DNA of 64,000 nucleotides, taken from positions 124,001 through 188,000 of the forward strand of contig CAXHJY010000151.1 in assembly GCA_964016885.1 (NCBI GenBank). Direction: 5' to 3'. Made by a program: the position numbers and the translations under genes. Position 1 is the stretch's first letter, and each line of letters begins with the position of its first letter. Positions 1-11,865 of the stretch are shown here, piece by piece. Source of the stretch: Eledone cirrhosa. Lineage: Eukaryota. The notes beneath the pieces are model-generated. The model saw nothing but the letters and a program-made list of their open reading frames with translations. It did not search any database and was not told the DNA's origin.

Positions 1-279
1 CCCCCCCTCTCTCTCTCTCTAGTAGTAGAGAGAGAGAGAGATATAAACGTATAACCCTAAACCTAACCCATCTCTCTCACTCTCTCTCTCCCCCTCTCTC
101 TCTCTTCTCTCTCTCACTCTCCCTCTACCCCCCCTCTCTCTATTTCTCTCTCTCTCCAGTAGTAGAGAGAGACAAAGAGAGAGAGAGATATAAACGTATA
201 ACCCTAACCAAACCCTAACCCAACTCTAACCCAACCCTAACCCTAACCCCAACCCTAACTCTAACCTAACCCTAACCCA

Positions 280-310
<31 letters not shown>

Positions 311-640
311 ACCCCCTCTCTCTCTCTCTAGTAGTAGAGAGAGAGACAAAGAGAGAGAGAGAGATATAAACGTATAACCCTAACCCATCTCTCTCTCTCT
401 ATTTCTCCCCCCCTCTCTCTCTCTCTAGTAGTAGAGAGAGAGAGACAAAGAGAGAGAGAGATATAAACGTATAACCCTAACCCAACCCTAACCTCTCTCT
501 CTCCCCCCTCTCTCTCTCTATTCCCCCCCTCTCTCTCTCTCTCTAGTAGTAGAGAGAGAGACAGAGAGAGAGAGAGAGATAGATATAAACGTATAACCCT
601 AACCCAACCCTAACCCATCTCTCTCTCTCTCTCTCTCTCT
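1..640. repeat. Compound microsatellite: (CT)n-AGTAGT-(AG)n-ATATAAACGTATAA-CCCTAA-like modules
   Basis: About five modules visible, degenerate CCCTAA run at ~200-280; repeated at ~31410-32112. Confidence 0.85.
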
Positions 641-784
641 CTTTGTTTTTAACATTGTTTTGTTTTTCTTTTCTTTTCTTATTCAGATGACAAACGGCAG
701 AGGATACAACAGAAGAAAAGAACAAAGATAATTATTATTATTATTACTATTATTATTTGTTTTATTATAATCAAAATATGCTGT

Positions 785-1350
785 TAGTTAGATCTGCATT
801 GCGTACATTTTATATAATTTATGCCAGTTCCTTTTCTGCATATCGAACATGGCCATTTCCCTGACGGAATAGAGTTTTGTCCTCTTTCGTGACACAAAGT
901 ACAGCCAGCGGCATCATTGCGGACAGACTTAATCCCGAATTGCACTGACACACTGCCTCGCAATACGGAACACCGCACGTCTTTGATCTTCTTCCCGTCG
1001 ATCAGCCTCCTTGCCATGCTAAGTACACCTGACGTCTAGCTTCTCTCTTAGCGGCGGCTTTATATTCTTCTCTACTCCCACTAATTTTCCAAGCATTCCA
1101 TGCTAGCCTTTAGTCTCCAATGGCCCGATCTACCGTGCTGTCCCACCACCATGTCACTCTCTGTCTGGTTGGAACTCTGATCCAGCCACAAGTTTAATCA
1201 GTAGCCTGCAATAAGTTGTCACATAAGAAAATCGAGTTCTCATGTATGTCATACGACTGTGAATCGTCTTCTTTTTCGTCATACACATATTGAAGGGCTT
1301 TCCTAAATTTCTATTTTAGTGAAATCTCTTTTAGCTTCCAGACCTTTCTT
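785..1350 (-). mobile_element. Decayed RTE-like LINE fragments (Cys-rich finger piece plus pre-RT region)
   Basis: Minus strand encodes SGKWPCSICRKGTGINYIKCTQCRS and a WWWDSTVDRA-like segment homologous to 57945-58548; stops and frameshifts. Copy B at +31472. Confidence 0.7.
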
Positions 1351-1559
1351 TTTTCCACATCTTCCTGTATGTCTCAATCATACCTGGAGCTGTCCAACAT
1401 GACCATTGAAATCCCCTGCTAGCATAACGATGTCTCCGTCCTGTCATTGTGGCTGTTTGTAAAAATTGCTTGTAAATGAAGTCTTTCTTTTCTTTACCTA
1501 GCAGAAGCAATTAACACTAACCCAACTGTAACACTAACCCTAACACTAACTTATGCAGG

Positions 1560-1825
1560 CCTAGGTAAAGACAAGAAAGATAAAACAAGGAGTGATGCTT
1601 CTTGAATTTTGTGATGCAAGTGTTTTAACCATTTGCAAAACCAACTTCCACAAACCTGCCTCACTGCTGCCTAATAACCTACAAATCAGGCAAGCACAGA
1701 AGCCGGATTTCTCGGTAGTTAGGCAGCGAGACAGACAGATGGGGTGTGAAGTACCAGGGTGTGCCCCGGGGAGGAATGTTTCCCACAGCGTGGGTTGGTT
1801 GTTGGTGATGTCTCGGTTATCTTGA
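1560..1825 (+). mobile_element. LINE AP-endonuclease C-terminal fragment
   Basis: LLEFCDASVLTICKTNFHKP resembles the LLEFC..L.I.NT.F.K motif of RTE-type endonucleases; degenerate. Confidence 0.55.
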
Positions 1826-2221
1826 GACGGAGTGAGACGTGCAGGAATACTCTCACGGAATCGCCAAATGAGGTTTATTTTTCAACATAGTCCCTGGAAT
1901 GAAACAATGTGGTTATTAAGAAGAATTGAAATTAATGTAAGATTTCACAGATCTATGATCAATCCTTCACAGTCAGCTTACAAAGTTTTCAGCCAAACCT
2001 TGTGTATTTCCAACATTTCAAACCCTATCTAGGACTACATTATCTAATGTACAGTACAGTAGTTAGTATTAGTGGCTATCAGACATAGTGTATCTAAATG
2101 CAACATTTTTAACATTGTTTTTTTTTTCTTTTCTTTTCTTTTCTTATTCAGATGACAGACGGCAGAGGATACAATAGAAGAAAAGAACAATGATAATTAT
2201 TATTATTATTATTGTTGTTAT

Positions 2222-2615
2222 TCCTTGAATCTCAGTCATTGATGTTGGTTAACTGGAAAGTCCGTTGGAATGAATATCAAGCCACTACCTGCAGCCTCAG
2301 ATATTCAGGACGTATCGGAGGGTTCTTGCTGTTCCAAGCAAGCATGCCTTTTGAAGCGTTCCAAAAAGCGTGAAGGGGCCGATTTTCTTTAACCATCCCT
2401 GGAAACTTTTGGAGATGGACAAAAAACTGGAACACAATAGACCTGACCTGGTGGTTGTGGACAAAGAAAAAAGATCGTGTCTGATTGTGGATGTGGCCTG
2501 CCCGTTCAACACGAGAGTGCAAGAGAAGGAGAGGGAGAAAATTAACCGATACCAGGACCTAAAGTGGGAGGTGAAAAGGATTTGGAACTGCCATGAAGTC
2601 AAAGTGATCCCGATT
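2222..2615 (-). mobile_element. R4/Dong-like non-LTR retrotransposon 3' fragment with internal inversion, in a (TAA)n tract
   Basis: Plus strand ~2395-2615 encodes RLE core HNRPDLVVVDKEKRSCLIVDVACP..EKINRYQDL..IW..VKVIPI; minus strand ~2365-2297 encodes terminal LQKACLLGTARTLRYVLNI*; ATT/TAA runs on both sides. Confidence 0.8.
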
Positions 2616-2616
2616 G

Positions 2617-2657
<41 letters not shown>

Positions 2658-2689
2658 TATTATTTGTTTTATTATAATCAAAATATGCT

Positions 2690-3205
2690 GTTAGTTAGAT
2701 CTGCATTGTGTACATTTTATATAATTTATGCCAGTTCCTTTTCTACATATCGAACATGGCCATTTCCCTGACGGAATAGAGTTTTGTCCTCTTTTCTACT
2801 CATCAACACTCATTCGTGACACAAAGTACAGCCAGCGGCATCATTGCGGACAGACTTAATCCTGATTTGCACTGACACACTGCCTCGCAATACGGAACAC
2901 CGCACGTCTTTGATCTTCTTCCCGTCGATCAGCCTCCTTGCCATGCAAAGTACACCTGACGTCTAGCTTCTCTCTTAGCGGCGGCGGCTGTATATTCTTC
3001 TCTACTCCCACTAATTTTCCAAGCATTCCATGCTAGTCTTTAGTCTCCAATGGCCCGATCTACAGTTTCTGTCTCAACTCGTCTATGCTTGGTCGTTCCC
3101 GCACATTGACATTGCACATCCAACGGAGCATGCTTGCTTCATTTCTCTCCAGCCGTCGCATGTCCTCTGCAGTTGCTGCCCGTGTCTCACTACCATGCAG
3201 CATCG
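2690..3205 (-). mobile_element. RTE-like LINE fragments (local duplicate of 785-1110 plus C-terminal piece)
   Basis: Near-identical to 780-1110, then MLHGSET..EDMRRLERNEASMLRWMCNV, typical of the RTE post-RT region. Confidence 0.75.
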
Positions 3206-3255
3206 CGCATCTAAACCTGGCCCTTACCCTAACCCCAACCTCTTTGGTTTTCGTT

Positions 3256-4090
3256 TTCTCGACGGCTAGCCGCATTTCGTGATCCGCCTTTCGATTGCGC
3301 TTCCGTCGCGGCAAAAGAATTGCCTTTCCAGACCGCCGTCGCCCGACCGGACCCATGATAGAAGACGTTCGTTACCGTTGGAGCAACGCAAATTACTCCT
3401 CGGTTGACGCCAAAAACGAACGCCTTCCCGCCTCGCGCCGCCTTCTCCTCGCCGACCCTCGGCCTCGACGATTAGCCACTTTCCGTCACAGCAGTAGATA
3501 CGCGTCCGTCGTAATAGCCGTCATTTTAACGCAGGAGAAACGCCTAATTGCCCTGCACCGCGTTTGACGGCGATCTACGACGGCGACGATGCGCGCACTC
3601 TTCCTTGCTGCGACGAAGGTTTCGGCTTTTCGTCGTGGACCCGGTCAGGTCATGCCGCTGACCTCGCGTTACGGCGACGCGAGAAGACGTTCGTTACCGC
3701 TGGAGCAACGCAAATTACTCCTCGGTTGACGCCAAAAACGAACGCCTCGCGCCGCCGCTTCCTCCTCGGCCTCGACGATTAGCCGCTTTCCGTCACAGCA
3801 GTAGATACGCGTCCATCGTAATAGCCGTCATTTTAACGCAGGAGAAACGCCTTGACGACGATATACGACGGGTCGACGACGCGCGCACTCTTTCTGCTGC
3901 GACGAAGGTTTTGGCTTTTCGTTGTGGACCCGGTCGGGTCATGCCTCTGACCTCGCGTTGCGTCGCCACCGCCGCGGCGGGCTTGGGTTTAGCCGTAGCT
4001 ACCCTCGTTTTGCCAACGGCGACGCGAGAAGACGTTCGTTACCGCTGGAGCAACGCAAATTACTCCTCGGATGAGGCCAAAAACGAACGC
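3256..4090 (+). repeat. Displaced, diverged copy of the rDNA spacer/ETS-like sequence
   Basis: Shares the 169-bp repeat sequence and the 11530-11820 ETS-like block (present twice here); core motif AGAAGACGTTCGTTACCGCTGGAGCAACGC at ~3360, 3682, 4027. Copy B 34726-35560. Confidence 0.85.
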
Positions 4091-4169
4091 TGAAGAGATA
4101 TTGTCCATGGATATCGGGAATTTTACCCGCCCTAGATAGATAGATAGATAGGGATGTATGTATGTATGT

Positions 4170-4211
<42 letters not shown>

Positions 4212-4590
4212 GTATGTATCTTTCTCATTCTCTCTGTATGTATGTATGTATGTATATATATATAATTATATATTTATAGACATCCTGAAAGCTTTTTAAA
4301 TGTCTGAGAGATTGGCTAAATATGTTTTGCAGGTATGACCAGTAAGAGAGAGGTAAGTTATTTCAAAACAATTCTTTGACCATTATTTTAAGGTACTATC
4401 TCAGTGTATTTTTAAATTGACCTCTTGATAGGATGAAATGACCTGTATAATTTTTTTCATATTTAGATGGAATAGAAGAAAAACAAGAAAAATGAAATGA
4501 ATTCAAACAGAAAATATACACCAATGCCAATGGAGGTATGATTTCAGTTTAATCTTAACCTAATGACCACTTTACAGAGTGTACTGGATA

Positions 4591-4673
<83 letters not shown>

Positions 4674-5124
4674 AGGAAGCTCCAACCGTTAAGGTTGTCT
4701 TTCCATTTATTAATATATTGTGTATTTACTCCACTAAACTGTTGAGTGCTTTATATCAGTTATAAAAAAATTTCAGCTTGTTGAATCCCAAAATAGTTGT
4801 TGAAACAGCCACAGCTCAGCCGTCGGGGTCCTGAATATTTATCATATATATATACGTATGAGTGTGTGTGTTTTGAGAATTAATAATTATATAAACAAGT
4901 TTGTAATGAACAATTTATTTCTTATCAAAACTGTATAAACATGATATTATTTACAGTAAGAATAACAATAATAATGATGGTTTCTAGTAAAGGTGGAAGG
5001 CCAGTAATTTGGGGGAGGGGAAAGTTGATTAAATCGAAGAGAGAAAGAAAGAAAAAACAGAACGGGAAGGAGAGGGGATGGCAAGAGGTCCGGTGTCGCA
5101 GGAGAGAGGGGAGGGTGGTTGAGC

Positions 5125-5625
5125 TTTGAGTCTAGGGCAAGAGGGCAGAAATGCTGCGCCCCACGGATAAGACGGCAAAAATATTCTCGCGGACGATGGC
5201 CAGAGATACCCAATGCAACAACCACCCAACCTCGCGGTGTTCCCTCCTCAGATGGGCTGCTGACTCTCCGATCTTTTGGAGGAGCTCGGCAGTACAAGGT
5301 CCAAGTACTCCTGGGGTCTCGACGTTGACTGGTGCAGAGAGGAAGTGGCCGGACAATCCTCGGTATTTGTTTATTTTACGTTCTTCTGCGAGGTGGGCTG
5401 CGATGCCGGGGTTTGTGACCGAAACGACTTGGAAACGAAGTTGTAGGCGGAGATTGTGTCGTAGCTGGTGGTGTCCCAGATGAGGGACCTACGTCCTTCG
5501 AATGGGAAGAGAGTGATTCCGTCGGGGCGCTTGCCATCTCCGGGACCTGTTGGCCCCAGTTGTGATGGGAAGCCAGCTGCGTCCAGGCTTCTTCTCAATA
5601 TGTCGTTGACAACGACGTGTATCTA
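5125..5625 (-). mobile_element. CRE-like RLE non-LTR retrotransposon 3' fragment
   Basis: Frameshifted RRSLDAAGFPSQL..DGKRPDGITLFPFEGRRSLIWD, then PVNVETPGVLGP..SLAIVREN: restriction-like endonuclease motifs. Copy B 36581-37081. Confidence 0.7.
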
Positions 5626-6164
5626 TTCAATAATTATTTGAATATTGAAATTTTAGGTTTAACTACCTTTTAAACCAAATACATTAAGAAAGGCATGACC
5701 AACACCACATCATTTTTATTTCTATTTTGAAAGTAGGTTTATAAGTATTAAATTTCAGTAGATTCTTATATCCTTCATGGTGGTCTGGTGGGAGATACGA
5801 GAGATGGTGGAGGTTCTGGTCTGGGGTTCAATCCTGCTCAGGAGATACTCTAAGGGGGTTCATACTAAACTTCTTCAGTGTTTCTTATCTCTAGAGACAA
5901 ATATATATACATAAGGTAATCTGGTAAAGTTGTTAGAACATCACATAGAATTCTTTGTAGTATTTTTTCCAGTTCTTCAATCTGAGTTCAACTTTACTTT
6001 TCTTCCATTCGGGGTTGATAATAACGTACCAGTCAAATACTAGGGGTTAATTCTTCCTCTATATCTCTTTCTCACTCTCTGTCTGTTTTATTAAGACCTG
6101 GAGAGGTGATGTACTCTACCAGGTTTTATAATGAGTGATGGGGTCATACCTGCCTGCTACACCT

Positions 6165-6700
6165 CTGTGTACTAAGTGTAGCATATTATATCCTTGTTCA
6201 GGGCCTTCCTGACATTACTGTGTACTAAGGGTAGCATTTTATATCCTTGTTCAGGGCCATCTTAACATTGCTGTGTACTAAGTGTAGCATATTATATCCT
6301 TGTTCGGGGCCTTCCTGACATTAGTGTGTACTGAGTGTAGATTTTAACATCCTTGTTCTGGGCCTTCCTAACATTACTGTGTACTGAGTGTAGATTTTAA
6401 CATCTTTGTTCAGGGCCTTCCTAACATTGCTGTGTACTAGGTGTAGCATATTATATCCTTGTTCAGGGCCCTCCTGACATTACTGTGTACTAAGTGTAGA
6501 TTTTGATATCCTTGTTCAGGGCCATCCTAACATTACTGTGTACTAAGAGTAGCATTATATATCCTTGTTCAGGGCCTTCCTAACATTACTGTGTACTAAA
6601 TGTAGATTTGGATATCCTTGTTCAGAGCCTTCCTTACATTACTGTGTACTAAGTGTAGCATTTCATATACTTGTTCTGGGCCTTCCTAACGTTACTGTGG
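6165..6700. repeat. 53-bp minisatellite (10 units; 6 in copy B at 37621-37944)
   Basis: Unit CTGTGTACTAAGTGTAGCATATTATATCCTTGTTCAGGGCCTTCCTGACATTA; offset change of 212 bp = 4 x 53. Confidence 0.9.
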
Positions 6701-7480
6701 AAATAGTAGTTTATATCCAATATGTAATATAGATATGGATTCTACAGGACTAAAACTCATTAATATGAGGGGTATTAGTAGATTATATGCCATATTTAAT
6801 AGAGAAATGGCTTCTACAAGACTAAAACTCATTAATATGAGGGGTATTACAGTTTATATGCCATATTTAATACAGAAATGGCTTCTAAAGGACTAGAACT
6901 CTTTAAATTGAATAAAATAGTAGTATATATCCTATGTTTAATACAGAAATGCCTTCTAAAGGACTCATTAATATGAGGGTATTAGTAGATTATATAACAT
7001 ATTTAATACAGAAATGGCTTTTAAATTCAGGGACTCGTTAATTTGATGGAAATAGTAGTGTCTATGCAATATTTAATACAGAAATAGCTTCTACAGGACT
7101 AAAACTAATTAATATGAGGGGTATTAGTAGTATATGTGCCATATTTAATACAGAGATGGCTTCTAAATGGAGGTATCTCATTAATTCGATTGAAATGGTA
7201 GTGTATATGCAATATTTAATACAGAAATAGCTTCTACAAGAATAAAACTCATTAATATGAAGGTTATTATTACATTATATGCCATATTTAATACAGAAAT
7301 CGGTTCTAAAGGACTAGAACTCTTTAATTCAAATCAAATAGTAGTATAAAGCAATATTTACTACAGAAATGGCTTCTACAAGACTAAAAATCCTTAATAT
7401 GAGGGGTATTGTTAGATTATATACCATATTTAATACAGAAATGGCTTCTAAATGAAGAAATCTCTTTAATTCGATAGTAA
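6700..7480. repeat. Diverged ~71-bp AT-rich minisatellite
   Basis: ATTTAATACAGAAATGGCTTCTA recurs about every 65-73 bp; copy B ~37945-38725. Confidence 0.8.
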
Positions 7481-8131
7481 TAGTAATAATAATAATAGTA
7501 ATAGTAATAATACAGCCAATTTTCCACGCAATACTTTTAGTTAGCACCCCGAACGCATAATTGGGAATATAATCACTTATTTCCTAATGTTTGTTGAGTG
7601 AGTTGGGAAAAAAAACTTGGGAAATATATTTTCAGGGTCTCAAAATCTTAAAGAGAAAAAAAAGTCCTGTGGAAGGTAGCAAAACAATTAGGAAGAAAAT
7701 GGTTTGAAGTTGGTTGGTGAGTATAAGATTACAGTATCTTGTTGATTTCTATAAAGTTTACTTTTAACTGAATTGGTAAAAATGGATAAATTAGAAGACA
7801 CAATATAATAACTAATATTGTCTTCTAAAACAGGGAATAAAAATATGTTGGTGTATTGGGGGGGGGGGGGGGTAAACATGTGAGTTAATGGGAATGTTTT
7901 TGTTTGTTTTTATTGAAACATATTCAATCTACAGATAGGTTGTTATAGTTATTTAGTCTCGGGTCTGCCATTATCTGCAGATTTATAATTGAGGGGTGTT
8001 CCAGGTGTGACCACCCTACATTATTCCTAGAGATTGTTACTCCTTCATTCTTCAGTCATCTTGGTCTTCTTATGAGATGGTGGTGTAGTCTTATTTATTG
8101 TTAAGGTTATGGTCTTCCTTTGTCCACACTC

Positions 8132-8169
<38 letters not shown>

Positions 8170-8449
8170 AAAGGCTTCCTTCTCTGGAAAAAGATGATTT
8201 AATATTCACAACCATCTGTCTAATTGTTTTCTGATGAGAATAAAGTTAATCTTGCTTGTATGTCTACCTGATCAAATGACTGGCTGATATCTTGAAGTCA
8301 TTTACACCACAGAACTGTAGGAGTCTTGATCCCTCAAGCCATACCTCTAGCCATCATGTACTCCAAAAGAGTCTCACCTTGGTGCTACTCAACATGTCCA
8401 TTAAATTTAGCAGCAAGGATGCCCTCTTCTTAGTGAGAGACAACTACAA

Positions 8450-9200
8450 GAGAGGTTCTTAGAGAAGAATAAGCCACTATAGTTAACTTTTGTTGACATA
8501 GAGAACCCCGATCTGTCATCTGGTGGTCCTTAAGGAAACTAGGTGTAGGGGAATGGCTTGTGAGGACAGTGCAAGCTATGTACAAGGGTGCTGTCAGTAA
8601 AGTGAGAGGAGGAATTCCAGAAACAAAGTAGGTGTACATCAGGGTTCGGTCCTCAGTCCGCTCTTGTTCATTATAGTCCTCCCTCCCTCCCTCCCTCCCT
8701 CCCTCCCTCCAAGCCATAACAGAGGAGGAGTAGTTTAAGACTGGATGCCCATGGGAACTTCTCTATGCTGACGATCTGGTTCTTATAGCAGAATCAGTAG
8801 AGGAGCTAGCTAGAGAATAAATTCTGGCTATGGAAACAGCAGTAGTTGGAATCAAGAAGACTGAGAGTGAACCTAGCTAAGACAAAAGTGTTTATAAGTA
8901 GAAGAGAGGACAAAACTCTGATTCTGTCAGGGAAATGGCCATGTTCGATATGTAGGAAAGGAGTTGGCATAAATTCTATGAAATGTAGTACGCAATGCAG
9001 ATCTTGGCTACACAAGAGATGTAGTGGGATAGCAGGAAAACTGACTGACAGGTAGGGAGAAATACGTATGCAGTAGATGTACAGGGAAATTTGACAGAGA
9101 TTGCAGTGATAGACACATTTTTCAAATGCAGGTGGGATCTATAGAGGGAGTTGATAGCTTCTGATACCTAGGTGATCAGATTAGTAAGGGAGGAGGGTGA
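8450..9200 (+). mobile_element. RTE-like reverse transcriptase pseudogene with downstream Cys-rich (PHD-like) finger
   Basis: Encodes KVGVHQGSVLSPLLF, WELLYADDLVLIAES, LRVNLAKTKV, GKWPCSICRKGVG..WLHKRCSG; interrupted by (CCCT)n and stops. Copy B ~39697-40443. Confidence 0.9.
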
Positions 9201-9731
9201 TATAAAATATATTGTTATCATGACTGTCTTTATTATTTAAATTACCTCTGTCTATTTACAGATTTTACAGAGTGTACTGGGTGCTTTTATGATGGGAGCA
9301 GCAACTCTATACGATTTTACAGAGTGTACTTGGTGCTTTTATCATGGCACATGGCAGCAGCAGCAGCAGCAGCAACTACGATTTTACAGAGTGTACTTGG
9401 TGCTTTTTACTCTGACATCAGCACTGAGGAAGTTGTCATATTTTCAGCTAAATTAATGAGTAGAAAAACCAAGTTTCTGCTACAAAAAATTCTCAGATTC
9501 AAGGGAGACATTCAGTTTAAGTATGGTATACTGTCACTAAGGCAGCAAATTGGCAGAGTCGCTAGAATATCAGATAGCATTCTTTACATTATTTGTTTCA
9601 GCTCTCTGTTCTCTCAATTCAAATCCTGCTCAGGTCAACTTTGCCTTTCATCCATACAAAATAGATTAATAAAAGTACCAGTGTATTACTGGGGTCAATT
9701 CTTCTTCTAACTCTTCTGCACTTCCATTCTC

Positions 9732-9768
<37 letters not shown>

Positions 9769-10029
9769 GCTTCTTTAGAACACATCTGCTGTATTCAGAC
9801 CTGGAGCGGAGATGGGCTCCACCAAGTTTTAAAAATTGCCCTTTAAGCGCTGTATGTCAATATGGTGCCCCTATGATTCCCTCCCTCAGGAGTTATGGGA
9901 CCATAGATACTGTCAATTGTAAAGAATAACAGAGATATTCAGTGCTAGTGTGGTGTTCTGTCAGTTGTGGAGATTGATGAATCTAAACAGAAATATCAAC
10001 AGCACTTTTCATTTCTGAGTAACACATTT

Positions 10030-10190
10030 GTTACCAAGTGCTGCATGGCTGGAATGAAAATCAGTGCTGTGAAAACCAAGACATTCATCCTCTCAAGGAA
10101 GCTTGTGCAGTGCACTCTACATGTAAATGGAGTCCCACTGAAGCAGGTAGAAAAGTTCATGTATCTCGAAGCTGTGTTCACGAGTGATGA
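10030..10190 (+). mobile_element. LINE RT thumb-region fragment
   Basis: GMKISAVKTKT..VNGVPLKQVEKFMYL motif; copy B at +31278. Confidence 0.7.
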
Positions 10191-10331
10191 CAGAGACGGC
10201 AAAGGCACAACACACAACAGAAGAAAAGAACAATGACAATTATTATTATTATTATTATTATTATTATTTGTTTTATTAGTTTTATTATAATAAAAATTGT
10301 GCTGTTAGTTTGCTTGCTATACCATCATGTA

Positions 10332-10416
10332 CCCTAACCCTAAACCTAACACCAACTCCAACTCTGACCCTAAACCTAACCCCAACCCCAACCCTAACCC
10401 TAACCCTAACCCTAAC
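10332..10416. repeat. Interstitial telomere-like (CCCTAA)n tract
   Basis: Degenerate then perfect CCCTAA units abutting the 169-bp array; copy B 41610-41694. Confidence 0.8.
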
Positions 10417-11508
10417 CCACGATAGAAGACGTTCGTTACCGCTGGAGCAACGCAAATTACTCCTCGGTTGACGCCAAAAACGAACGCCTTCTCGACGGCT
10501 AGCCGCATTTCGTGATCCGCCTTTCGATTGCGCTTCCGTCGCGGAAAAAGAATTGCCTTTATAGGCCGCCGCCGCCCGACCGGACCCACGATAGAAGACG
10601 TTCGTTACCGCTGGAGCAACGCAAATTACTCCTCGGTTGACGCCAAAAACGAACGCCTTCTCGACGGCTAGCCGCATTTCGTGATCCGCCTTTCGATTGC
10701 GCTTCCGTCGCGGAAAAAGAATTGCCTTTATAGGCCGCCGCCGCCCGACCGGACCCACGATAGAAGACGTTCGTTACCGCTGGAGCAACGCAAATTACTC
10801 CTCGGTTGACGCCAAAAACGAACGCCTTCTCGACGGCTAGCCGCATTTCGTGATCCGCCTTTCGATTGCGCTTCCGTCGCGGAAAAAGAATTGCCTTTAT
10901 AGGCCGCCGCCGCCCGACCGGACCCACGATAGAAGACGTTCGTTACCGCTGGAGCAACGCAAATTACTCCTCGGTTGACGCCAAAAACGAACGCCTTCTC
11001 GACGGCTAGCCGCATTTCGTGATCCGCCTTTCGATTGCGCTTCCGTCGCGGAAAAAGAATTGCCTTTATAGGCCGCCGCCGCCCGACCGGACCCACGATA
11101 GAAGACGTTCGTTACCGCTGGAGCAACGCAAATTACTCCTCGGTTGACGCCAAAAACGAACGCCTTCTCGACGGCTAGCCGCATTTCGTGATCCGCCTTT
11201 CGATTGCGCTTCCGTCGCGGAAAAAGAATTGCCTTTATAGGCCGCCGCCGCCCGACCGGACCCACGATAGAAGACGTTCGTTACCGCTGGAGCAACGCAA
11301 ATTACTCCTCGGTTGACGCCAAAAACGAACGCCTTCTCGACGGCTAGCCGCATTTCGTGATCCGCCTTTCGATTGCGCTTCCGTCGCGGAAAAAGAATTG
11401 CCTTTATAGGCCGCCGCCGCCGCCCGACCGGACCCACGATAGAAGACGTTCGTTACCGCTGGAGCAACGCAAATTACTCCTCGGTTGACGCCAAAAACGA
11501 ACGCCTTC
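10416..11508 (+). promoter_or_regulatory. 169-bp rDNA spacer-like tandem array (6 full + 1 partial), candidate Pol I spacer promoters
   Basis: Exact 169-bp period; each full unit has CCTTTATAGGCCGCC (TATAGG at 10560 ... 11405); lies upstream of an 18S 5' end. Promoter function is inference. Confidence 0.6.
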
Positions 11509-11865
11509 CGGTTCGGGCGACGTAAAAGTCTGTAGCCTTTTCGCCGATCCTCGACGATTATCCGCCTTCCGAACAACCGCCTTTCCGCCGTCACAGCAGT
11601 AGGTACTCGTCCGTCGTAATAGCCGTCATTTTAATGCAGGAGAAACGCCTAAATGCACTGCGATTGACGACGATCTACAACGCGCTTACTCTTCCTTGCT
11701 GCGACGAAGGTTTCGTTCGGCTTTTCGTCGTGGACCCGGTCAGGTCATGCCGCTGATCTCGCGTTGCGTCGTTACCGCTGGAGCAACGCAAATTACTCCT
11801 CGTTTAACGCCAACATCGAACGCGCTTCGGTTCTCGGTCGTCGTTGTTTTGTTTCGTGCGGAAGA
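11509..11865 (+). other. 5' ETS-like region
   Basis: CpG-rich segment directly preceding the 18S start; copy B 42449-42805. Confidence 0.55.

Noticed and set aside
10285-11594. Repeated 122-aa Arg-rich minus-strand ORFs
   Set aside because: Translation of the 169-bp GC-rich repeat, non-ATG starts, no homology evident.
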